Below, piece by piece: positions 9,497 to 18,199 of a stretch of 64,000 nucleotides of DNA. The notes below the pieces were generated by a model, which saw only the letters and a program-made list of their open reading frames with translations, had not been told where the DNA came from and did no database searches. The first letter of the stretch is position 1. Each line of letters begins with the position of its first letter. The stretch comes from Rhynchopus sp. YZ270_cl-10. Its lineage: Eukaryota. The translations under genes were made by a program, and so were the position numbers. The DNA lies in NCBI GenBank assembly GCA_964035575.1, contig OZ037840.1, positions 248,001 to 312,000 on the forward strand, written 5' to 3'.

Positions 9497-11160
9497 TTAT
9501 TTATATCACATGTGAAAATGACTTTTTGCTGGGATCCTTCACAAACGGGGCGTGAAATAAAGTGAGCTTTTTTTCACGCTTGCTCTTAGTAATTTCGCTG
9601 GAGGCGTGAAAAAAAGTTTCACTGGCGTGAAAAAAAGTTTCACTGTTTTCTGTCAGTCACAAAACCACACACTCCACCCTACAAATCATGCCAAGGACCA
9701 AGAAGAAGGAGGCTATGGAGGATCTGTATGAGACCGAGCTTCTGGCAGGGTTGAAGTCAAGCACTGCATACAAAACGGAGTGGAATAAGTTTTTACAACA
9801 CAATAAAATCACGGGGCGGAAGCAGCCAAGAGAAGAACATGTGGTCTCTTACTTGACACACCTGCGCGAAGAACGCAGCTACAAAGCCAGCTCATTATGG
9901 TCGTGCTACTCTAAGCTCAACTTTATGTTCAAGACGGAGTTCGACTTTTCACTAAAGGAGTACCACCGCATCGGGCTGTTGCTGAAGACCTGGGGAAGTG
10001 ACGAATCGACGAAGAAGAGCAAGACGTTTTCGAAGGGAGAAGTGGAGATGTTTCTCAAGATGAGCGAGTTGAGCGACTGCTACTGGTGTGTCCGCAAGGC
10101 TTACGTCGCGGTGTGTTTTCTGTCGGGAATGAGATGCACAGAAGCACTGATGCTTGAGATGACAAATTATCAGGAATCACCAGTGGGATACCTCTTCACG
10201 TACCAGCACTGTGCTAAGGTGAAAAAGGCCGACATGGAGCGTGGGAGGTTTGTGGTACCAAGAGACAGCATCTACTTTTGTGTGGTGGAGGAGTACCTGA
10301 ACCGGCGCTCACCAGTTTCACAGGAGGGTCGCTTCTTCATCACTGGAACTAAGACGACAGCTGACAGAACTACTACTGGGACCTTTCGTGTGCAACCTCT
10401 TGGCATCAACAAAATGTACGGCATACCTGCAGAAGTCGCGAGGGTGCTTGCGCTGGACGGTTCGTACACTGGGCACAGCTTCCGCAGGTCTTCTGCGACT
10501 CAAGCCGCTGAGGCAGGAGCATCTATTGTACAGATGCAACGCCACTATGGGTGGGTCAGTCAGGCAATGCCACAAAGGTACACCGAAGTCACACAGGCCG
10601 GTCAAGTTGCGATGTCACAGCTGTTGACACAGAACAACAGTCCCCCAACTCAGACGCCACAAGAAGTCAAGATTAACATCAATGTGCAACAGAACAAACC
10701 ATGATCATGAGTGCAAAAAAAAAACCCCCCTTCTGTGATGCTCTATACACCTGCCCCCCCCCTACAGGCGAGATGAGTGGTGACATCTTGTAATTAGTAC
10801 CAGTCATAGGAGGCATATATCAAAAAAAGTAACCCCTTCCCTGCTTTTGATTGATGTTCACATGTTCCCCTACTCTCATTCACACTCTCACTTACAGGTA
10901 CCCACATTTTGTTCATAAAATCACTCTATTTTACGTCTCGTTTGTGAAGGATCCCAGCAAAAATATCATTTTCACTTGTAAAACAAAACTACGTATTAGT
11001 TTGAAATAAAGTGCGTTTTTTCACTTCCACGTATTTTGTCTCACTCGTGCTCTATTATTGCCCTCGCCTGCGGCTCGGGCAATAAACTCTCACTCGTGAG
11101 CCAAAATTACGTGGGCGTGAAAAAAAGTGCACTTTATTTCACGCTAATAATTAGTTATTT
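9497..11160 (+). mobile_element. Crypton-like tyrosine-recombinase DNA transposon in TMEM43 intron 1
   Basis: YR ORF flanked by inverted repeats at 9512-9565 and 10921-10975; long hairpin at 10995-11148; candidate terminal direct repeat ttattt (9497-9502 and 11155-11160; AT-rich, so the ends are uncertain); no RT or RNase H. Confidence 0.8.
9688..10704 (+). CDS. Tyrosine recombinase (phage integrase family), intact, 338 aa
   Basis: Catalytic R (SGMRCTE), K (AKVKK), HxxR (GHSFRRSSAT), H/W (RHYGW) and Y (PQRYTE); N-terminal core-binding-like region (YKASSLWSCYSKL); intronless; antisense to the host gene. Confidence 0.95.
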   Translation: MPRTKKKEAMEDLYETELLAGLKSSTAYKTEWNKFLQHNKITGRKQPREEHVVSYLTHLREERSYKASSLWSCYSKLNFMFKTEFDFSLKEYHRIGLLLKTWGSDESTKKSKTFSKGEVEMFLKMSELSDCYWCVRKAYVAVCFLSGMRCTEALMLEMTNYQESPVGYLFTYQHCAKVKKADMERGRFVVPRDSIYFCVVEEYLNRRSPVSQEGRFFITGTKTTADRTTTGTFRVQPLGINKMYGIPAEVARVLALDGSYTGHSFRRSSATQAAEAGASIVQMQRHYGWVSQAMPQRYTEVTQAGQVAMSQLLTQNNSPPTQTPQEVKININVQQNKP

Positions 11161-11222
11161 TTCAACGGAGTGTCCTATTTTTTTTTTCAGATTTGAGTCC
11201 TCATTTTAAATCGAGTACTTTG

Positions 11223-11332
11223 TCCACCTGATTTTCACCCCGCGGATAGGTCCGGATAGGCCCGTATAGGGCCGGATATGGCTGGATAGGGCCAAAAGCC
11301 GATTTTTTTTTGGGAGGGTAAAATCAGGTGGA
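11223..11332. mobile_element. 110-bp MITE in TMEM43 intron 1
   Basis: TIR tccacctgatttt(c)accc / gggtaaaatcaggtgga; flanking tttg duplication; internal (ccggatagg)-like tandem; the same terminus recurs near 15739. Confidence 0.65.
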
Positions 11333-11598
11333 TTTGTACAACCATGTAAAACTAGAAAAAAGTGTCACCTTGCCGTTCCCTCACCTCCCCTTCTTTGTAG
11401 TTGTTTGATGTTGACGCTTCCACACAAACAAAATAAAGTTGATAGTGCAAACCGCCTCTGGCACGCAGGCACTGACACTCCTCGGTCTATCATCCCGCCC
11501 CCCTCCCCGGGGGGCTGCATATGAGAGCGGCTGACAGATCTCAACAAACATTGCCTTACGCCTCTCTCCTTCAAAACCCTTCTTTACGGCTAACATAC

Positions 11599-11970
11599 CA
11601 CCCATTGGAACATCTCGGTGCTTCGTGACATCTTGACAGCTTCGACTTGCACCGTGAACGGCCCGACTGTATCAGTAATCATCTCCCCAGTGATGACACC
11701 TGTGAAGTGGATCGGGTTGGAGGCGAACCCAGCGGCGATCTTCAGGGGCGGGTCGTGCCCGATCTCCTTCAGGTTCGAGGAGAGGTAGTCAAGCTCCTTG
11801 GCCACCTCGACGGCGTTCTGCTCGTTGAAGAAGAGTACCATGGGGGCAAGAACGGCAAGCATCACCCAGCCAAAGCAGGCCCCACACAGCGACCCTGCAA
11901 CGCGCGAGCCATACGAGTTGTGCGTCACCTCCACATAGCTGTGCGGGCCTGTCTGGAATCCGTTGCGCAT
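11599..11970 (-). CDS. TMEM43: TMEM43 family protein, exon 1
   Basis: MRNGFQTGPHSYVEVTHNSYGSRVAGSLCG...LFFNEQNAV...MSRSTEMFQWV|gtatgt; a pyrimidine tract plus cag lies ~20 nt upstream of the ATG (likely trans-splice acceptor). Confidence 0.85.
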
Positions 11971-12186
11971 TTGTGTATGTGAGTTGTCTGGTGAGAAAGG
12001 GAGGGTGGAAGAGAGAGAGAGAGATGTGGGCTGATGTGCATGGCGTAGTCTCTTGTCATGTGTCATGTGATAAGTGAAATGAAAAAGGTAGTTTTCTATT
12101 TGTCGTTGGTTGTTTGTTGGATCGCATCCGCCCTCGTCCGTACTTCAGGAAAAAATAAACGGTTATTTTGGGTGGTTTAAAATCCC

Positions 12187-12345
12187 TGGGGTGATCAGGG
12201 GTAGTATTCTGCCAAAAAATTCGCAAAACCCGGAATGCGAATCGCAAAAATTCGCAAAAATTCGCACTGCGAATTTTTCGCATTTTTTCCCCGATTTTTC
12301 CTGGTTTGCGAATTTCGTAGCAGAATACTACCCCTGATCACCCCA
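12187..12345. mobile_element. MITE, TGG..CCA ends, 5-bp TSD
   Basis: 26-bp TIR tggggtgatcaggggtagtattctgc; TSD atccc at 12182-12186 and 12346-12350; internal aattcgca repeats. Confidence 0.8.
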
Positions 12346-12549
12346 ATCCCGGTGGTGAAAGTGAGTCTTTTGTGAAGTTTGTTTTTGCAAACCCCAAAAA
12401 AACCCGAAAACTGAAGTACGATGGAGAGGTGGAGCACAAAAGGGGGAAAGGGAAACGGTGAGACATGACACCGAAGAACGTCTCACTGCCACACATGTGG
12501 CATACGTGTACAATCAGACTTGTTTGGCATGCACACCGTCTCCACTAGG

Positions 12550-12590
12550 CATACCTAGAAAGCGAATATGATATTCGCTTTCTAGGTATG
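12550..12590. mobile_element. 41-bp perfect hairpin insertion with 6-bp TSD
   Basis: catacctagaaagcgaatat-g-atattcgctttctaggtatg flanked by actagg on both sides; absent from the paralogous 3' flank near 16717. Confidence 0.9.
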
Positions 12591-12737
12591 ACTAGGGCAG
12601 TTGTGTGCAAAGAAACACCCCAAAAAAAAAACCTGCGATGTTTAAAGTTCTCTTTTTGATACTTAGTTTGTTGCATCGCAGGTACGTGGCAGCGTTCTGT
12701 CGAAGCATCACGCTGCGTAGTTGTACCTTTGCCTTAA

Positions 12738-14582
12738 TCACTCTAATTTCTCTAACACAGCCTTGCTGCATTTCTTCTTTCCGTACAATGTAGGAGAACA
12801 TTTACAAAGGAAATACTCCTCTACCTCCACGACATTACTCAAGGGAGAGAGATCAAGTTCTGTCAGCGAAGAACAGCTCTGCAGGAACTGCTCCTTGATC
12901 CCTCTCACAGTGAGCAAGCCAGAGAGATTAAGTTCTTCCAAAGCTGTACAATCCTTGAGAAAGTAGGAACGAATCGCAGTTACCCTCACAAAGGAAGAGA
13001 GATCAAGTTGTGTCAGAGAAGTGCACCCCATAAGGAATGACTTCTCAATCGCTGTGACACTGCTCAATGGAGTGAGGTCGATTTCTTTCAAAGATCTGCA
13101 GTACTGCAGGAAGTGAGGCCCAACTGAAGTGACACCACTAAAGGGAGAAAGATCAAGTTGTGTCAGAGAAGTGCACTCGTACAGGAACTGATCCTGAATC
13201 ACTGTGACCCTGCTCAAGGGAGTGAGATCAAGTTCTTTCAAGGCTTTGCAGTCCCGAAGGAAGTGAGTCCCAACTGAAGTGACACTGGTCAAACCAGAGA
13301 TGTCAAGTACTTCCAAGCTGGCGCAATTCTGCAGAAACCCGTTCCCAATCGAAGCAATGCCAGACACAGCGCTGAGATCAAGACTCACGAAAGTTGCTCC
13401 GAAGAAGAATCTCATTGGAATCGCAGTCGCAACACCTGCCTGAAGAAGCAAACAAGCCACCTTCGCATCCGTCACTTCCGCCAACCTCGCTGCTGTCAGG
13501 TTTTTCTCACCCAATGCATCAAGTGCTGCAATGGCTACCTGCTCCTTCGTCTGCTTCTGCACAATCCTGTCAGCACTCAGCTGTGTCATGTCCTCTCCTT
13601 CTCCCATCACCTCACCCCTGAAACACATCCCAAAGCTGTTTCCAGGCAACTTTGTTGCAGACGCCACCTTCCGACGCAAGCCACACAGCGTGTCATCCAC
13701 ACTCACCTCAATCAAGTGTTCCACTCCATCCACACCCTCCACAAGCACAGGCACGACAAGTCCCAACCTCTGGCCAAGAGCGTCGTGCACGTCCGACACA
13801 GGCAGCGTCAGGGAAAACTCTGCGTGTGGGTATGCAGCACCCACAAGGCGGTGGCGGTCTCCGCACGCTGCCATGCTCTCGATGCTCCGCACAACGGCCT
13901 GCGACTCTGTTGCCGCACGCAGCGCCTGGTCGTCCCCAAGCAGACACACCTGCTCGCACTCGTCAATCATGTGTTCTGCCTTCGCAACAAACGTCTTCAG
14001 CGCACACACCTGCCCTGCAGCACTCAGTGCCTGTGTGAGGAAGCTCCGTGCCAACGCCTCCTCACACACGACGTTGCTACGCCACACATCCTCACCCATC
14101 AACAGGTGTCCGACGTGTGTCTGCAGGAGAAGGTCTTTGTACCTGGCCTCTGGGGGTTCGGCTGCCTCAAGCACACAGCACTCCTCATCTGCAGCAGCCC
14201 GCTGCTTCGTCAGGTCTGCCGCGTGTGAGCGCAGGATGCAGCGCTGGCGTGCAACGTACTCAGAGATTTCGATTGTGTTGTGTCCCGCATGTTCGCGCTT
14301 CTCACAGCGGACACAGATCATTGCGTCTCCACACGCAGGGTCTTCACAGACAAGGTGCAGCTTGAACTCTGGGTGCAGTGCACAGTTCGGCGATGCCCCG
14401 TACCAAGTCACAGAAGCAAGATGCATCTCACGGTCGCGTACCCTCGGGTGTAAAGCTTCGAAGCAGGCAGGATTGTCGCAGAAGAACAGTTCTTTACAAT
14501 GTCCACACTGCAGCTGTGCAGGTGCCGAACAGCTCTCACACAAAGGCATCTGTGGTGCGGTGGGCTCCATGTCACAGACCAT
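12738..14582 (-). CDS. Tandem B-box + coiled-coil + ubiquitin-like + BspA-type LRR protein
   Basis: B-box1 CESC..CGHC..CDNPAC..H; B-box2 CALH...VCEDPAC..ICVRC...HAGH; UBL (IEVSVDDTLCGLRRKVA); ~9 24-aa LRRs (LxxLDLSPLSxVTxIxxxFLxxC). ATG at 14582 follows a pyrimidine tract and gaag. Confidence 0.88.
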   Translation of the reverse strand: MVCDMEPTAPQMPLCESCSAPAQLQCGHCKELFFCDNPACFEALHPRVRDREMHLASVTWYGASPNCALHPEFKLHLVCEDPACGDAMICVRCEKREHAGHNTIEISEYVARQRCILRSHAADLTKQRAAADEECCVLEAAEPPEARYKDLLLQTHVGHLLMGEDVWRSNVVCEEALARSFLTQALSAAGQVCALKTFVAKAEHMIDECEQVCLLGDDQALRAATESQAVVRSIESMAACGDRHRLVGAAYPHAEFSLTLPVSDVHDALGQRLGLVVPVLVEGVDGVEHLIEVSVDDTLCGLRRKVASATKLPGNSFGMCFRGEVMGEGEDMTQLSADRIVQKQTKEQVAIAALDALGEKNLTAARLAEVTDAKVACLLLQAGVATAIPMRFFFGATFVSLDLSAVSGIASIGNGFLQNCASLEVLDISGLTSVTSVGTHFLRDCKALKELDLTPLSRVTVIQDQFLYECTSLTQLDLSPFSGVTSVGPHFLQYCRSLKEIDLTPLSSVTAIEKSFLMGCTSLTQLDLSSFVRVTAIRSYFLKDCTALEELNLSGLLTVRGIKEQFLQSCSSLTELDLSPLSNVVEVEEYFLCKCSPTLYGKKKCSKAVLEKLE

Positions 14583-15419
14583 GTTGTCCTTCAAAGCAAG
14601 GGGAGGGGAGGGAAGGGAAGGTCTCTGTGGGTTGTGGTGTCGTGAATGTTATGAATCCCCCTCGCCACTCCAGAGAAAGGTGTGTGTTTCTACTGCCGAC
14701 AACGACGGAGGAAGCAACGACCCTGCGGACGTGGTTCGGAGACAGGAAGATGAACGACGCGCATGCCAATGGCTGGTGGCACAGCCCAAGCCAGCCACGG
14801 CATTGAAGAGTGAAGAAAGGAAGGACACTGAGGAGTGCTGGTGCCGGAATGTGAACAGGTTCGCGGGAGTAGGGTGAGAGGGGGAAATACAGAAAAAGAA
14901 CGCCTTTTGCTTTTTATTTGTGTGGATGTTAAAAATACTACAGTGCCAAGAGCTATCTTCACCCACGCAGGAAAAGGGGAAACAAAATAGGGGGTGAGTT
15001 TGTTAGTTGTACGCTTCCACGTGGATCTTGAAAAACAAAAGAAAAACAAAAACACCCTCCAGTTATCCCCTTGTGTCGAAACTCTTTACTTTTTTCTGAA
15101 AATGAAAAGGGTGCTTGTCAAAGTGGGGAAGTGTTCAAAAATGTAAAAAGCGTGTATTTTTGTGTGTCAAGTGAACAAAAAAACCACCTCGCGGCGTTTT
15201 GTTTCGGTAACAAAACAGAAAGTAAGACAGATGAACCTTAGCCTGTGTTCAGTCACTGAAGAGAAGTGAAGAGAAAAGAAAAATGTCAGCAAAAGAGTTA
15301 TCAAAGAAGTGAACACTTACCCTCATGAGGACAGTTGGCTTGGCAATAGAAACACAAGGTAATGGAAACAGCACAGGAGAGGTGCTGTCACCTGCTTCCA
15401 ATATTATTTTTTTTTTGAT

Positions 15420-16432
15420 CAGTCTAAATGGGAGCCAATTACCCCCCCCTAGCCAATTACCCCCCCCCCCTTATATTACCCCCTTTTTCCAAAATCCGAA
15501 AATACGAGATTTTTCAGTGTCTATTACCCCCCCCCCCCCCCCCCCTTTAGGTGGCCCCACGTAGAAGGAAATCCTTAAGGATTTGCTGTGGACACACTGT
15601 GACCCCACCGTGGAGAGCAATCGGCTCGTGCAATCAAAAGAAAGCAGAGAAAAGGGGAAAGAAAAAAAGAAAAAAGTTGCGTACCATGCGCCTGCGGCGC
15701 TATCTGTTCCCTACCCCCCGTGATGTACTTATGTATAATCCACCTGATTTTGCCGGTGTTTTCCGGTGTTAGCCGGTGAAGTCACGGCATTGGGTACTGG
15801 GTACACTCACTTCAGCATTGTACTAGCCCAGGGAGGGTTCCCGGCTACCGGCAAGGTCTCTTCCAATCCGTACCCCAGTTTCCTAGGGGGCTTCACTGGC
15901 TCGGGCTCCAGTAGGTCCCTCCGCACATGTAATGTGCCTGCCTTCGGCACCCAGGGTAGCATTCCCAGCACCTTTTACCCTCAGGTCAGACCGCAAACCC
16001 GCAAATACGGTACACGTACACACGTACACACGTACACACGTACACACGTACACACGTACACACGTACACACGTACACACGTACACACGTACACACGTACA
16101 CACGTACACACGTACACACGTACACACGTACACACGTACACACGTACACACGTACACACGTACACACGTACACACGTACACACGTACACACGTACACACG
16201 TACACACGTACACACGTACACACGTACACACGTACACACGTACACACGTACACACGTACACACGTACACACGTACACACGTACACATGTACACAGGTACA
16301 CAGGTAGGTGTCTATTACCCCCCCCCCCCCTTGGGTGTCTATTACCCCCCCCCCTTATATTACCCCCAAAACCCGAATATGACCCTCAAGGGGGGGGGGG
16401 GGGGGGGGGGTAATTGGCTCCCATTTAGACTG
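15420..16432. mobile_element. TIR element (CAGT..ACTG) containing an 8-bp satellite
   Basis: TIR cagtctaaatgggagccaattacccccccc; flanked by 'at' on both sides; internal attaccccc repeats. Confidence 0.8.
16010..16304. repeat. (GTACACAC)n satellite, ~34 units
   Basis: Tandem array read directly; source of the spurious HTYTRTHV ORFs. Confidence 0.97.
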
Positions 16433-16859
16433 ATAAAATAAAAGTTAAATTCTAGAATTTCAGGCACAATGTCACCAAAAACGCTGGAAAAAAAGAAAGG
16501 TAAAAAAGAAAACACCTGCCCCTAGACCACAAAACAAACCTACATAGGGCCTCCTCAATAGGGCTGTAGGTAAAAATAAAAAGAAAACAAGCGTAAAACG
16601 ATGACAGCACAAAAGGGGAAAAGGTAAACGGTGAGACATGACACCGAAGAACGTCTCATTGCCACACATATTGCATACGTGTACAATCAGACTTGTTTGG
16701 CATGCACACCGTTTCCACTAGGGCAGTTGTGTGCAAAGAAACACCCCAAAAAAACCTGCAATAGTTAAAGTTCTCTTTTTGGTACTTAGTTTGTTGCATC
16801 GCAGGTACGTGCAGCGTTCTGTCGAAGCATCACGCTGCGTAGTTGTACCTTTGCCTTAA

Positions 16860-17873
16860 TCACTCTAATTTCTCTAACACAGCCTTGCTGCACTTCTTCT
16901 TTCCGTACAATGTGGGAGAACATTTACAAAGGAAACGTGTCCCTACCTCCAAGACATTACTCAAGGGAGAGAGATCAAGTTCTGTCAGCGAAGAACAGTT
17001 GTACAGGAACTGATCCTTAATCTCTCTCACATTGAGCAAGCCAGAGAGATTAAGTTCTTCCAAAGCTGTACAATCCCTGATAAAGTAGGTATGAATCATA
17101 GTTACTCTCACAAAGGAAGAGAGATCAAGTTGTTTCAGGGAAGTACACTTGTACAGGAATGACATTTCAATCGCTGTGACACTGCTCAATAGAGTGAGAT
17201 CGATTTCTTTCAAAGATGTGCAGAACTGCAGGAAGTGAGGCCCAACTGAAGTGACACCACTAAAGGGAGAAAGATCAAGTTGTGTCAGAGAAGTGCACTC
17301 GTACAGGAACTGATCCTGAATCACTGTGACCCCGCTCAAGGGAGTGAGATCAACTTCTTTCAAGGCTTTGCAGCCCTTAAGGAAGTGATGCCCAACTGAA
17401 GTGACACTGGTCAAACCAGAGATGTCAAGTACTTCCAAGCTGGCGCAATTCTGCAGAAACCCGTTCCCAATCGAAACAATGCCAGACACAGCGCTGAGAT
17501 CAAGACTCACGAAAGTTGCTCCTGATAAGAATCTCCTTGGAATCGCAGTCGCAACACCTGCCTGAAGAAGCAAACAAGCCACCTTCGCATCCGTCACTTC
17601 CGCCAACCTCGCTGCTGTCAAGTTTTTCTCACCCAATGCATGAAGAGCTGCAATGGCTATGTACCGCTCCGTCTTCGTCAAGACGACTGTGTCCCCGGCA
17701 CTCAGTTCTGTGATGTCCTCCCCTTCCCCCTTCCCTCCGAAGCCCATATGAAAGCTGTCTTCGCACAACCCCGTTGCAGACGCCACCTTCTGCCGCATCG
17801 TCTCCGTTGTGTCATCCTCACCCACCTCAATCACGTAGTCCGTTTCCCCAAACCCCTGGATCGTCAGTTCCAT
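16860..17873 (-). CDS. Ubiquitin-like + BspA-type LRR protein, tandem paralogue of 12738-14582
   Basis: 337-aa ORF; UBL N-terminus (YVIEVGEDDTTETMRQKVA); LRR region and 3' flank (~16615-17660) highly similar to ~12440-13560. Confidence 0.9.
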   Translation of the reverse strand: MELTIQGFGETDYVIEVGEDDTTETMRQKVASATGLCEDSFHMGFGGKGEGEDITELSAGDTVVLTKTERYIAIAALHALGEKNLTAARLAEVTDAKVACLLLQAGVATAIPRRFLSGATFVSLDLSAVSGIVSIGNGFLQNCASLEVLDISGLTSVTSVGHHFLKGCKALKEVDLTPLSGVTVIQDQFLYECTSLTQLDLSPFSGVTSVGPHFLQFCTSLKEIDLTLLSSVTAIEMSFLYKCTSLKQLDLSSFVRVTMIHTYFIRDCTALEELNLSGLLNVREIKDQFLYNCSSLTELDLSPLSNVLEVGTRFLCKCSPTLYGKKKCSKAVLEKLE

Positions 17874-18084
17874 ATTGTGTTGCCTCTATCTCTACAGGGT
17901 GGGTTGCTGTGTTGTGGGGAAAGGAACAACAAGGCTCCTCGAAGTGTTACGCCCGCCAGTCCATTCGGACTCGTATAGACCCGGTTGGAGACACGGAGTC
18001 TGGATGTGAACTTGGAAGGTGGCCGTTCGCCGAAGCTAGACTTGGCCACGATAAACTCATGTGCCCTGAAATATTTCACGTATG

Positions 18085-18147
18085 TCTCTAGACTGGGTTC
18101 TGGCTTTGAGGCGTTCAGCCATAATCCATCCAGTGGTAGCATCACGG
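18085..18147 (-). pseudogene. LSU rRNA 3'-region fragment (may extend to ~17935)
   Basis: The minus strand reads GCTACCACTGGATGGATTATGGCTGAACGCCTCAAAGCCAGAACCCAGTC, matching the conserved eukaryotic LSU GGATTATGGCTGAACGCCTCTAAG..AGAA motif. Confidence 0.75.
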
Positions 18148-18199
18148 ATGCCGTCCCACATCTTAAGGTTATGCAGGTCGTTAGCGTGGTGATAATCTG

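Noticed and set aside
9688..10704. Prophage integrase or bacterial contamination
   Set aside because: It sits inside an intron of a phase-consistent spliced eukaryotic gene with no other phage or bacterial genes. DIRS is also rejected because there is no RT or RNase H.
13531..14877. 448-aa plus-strand ORF (also 41890-43458, 44937-45992, 8354-8749 and 294-770)
   Set aside because: Antisense shadows of GC-rich genuine minus-strand genes.
15766..16441. Long ORFs of HTYTRTHV / VRVYVCTC repeats (likewise 37108-37875 and 51765-54075)
   Set aside because: These are stop-free translations of microsatellites inside TEs.
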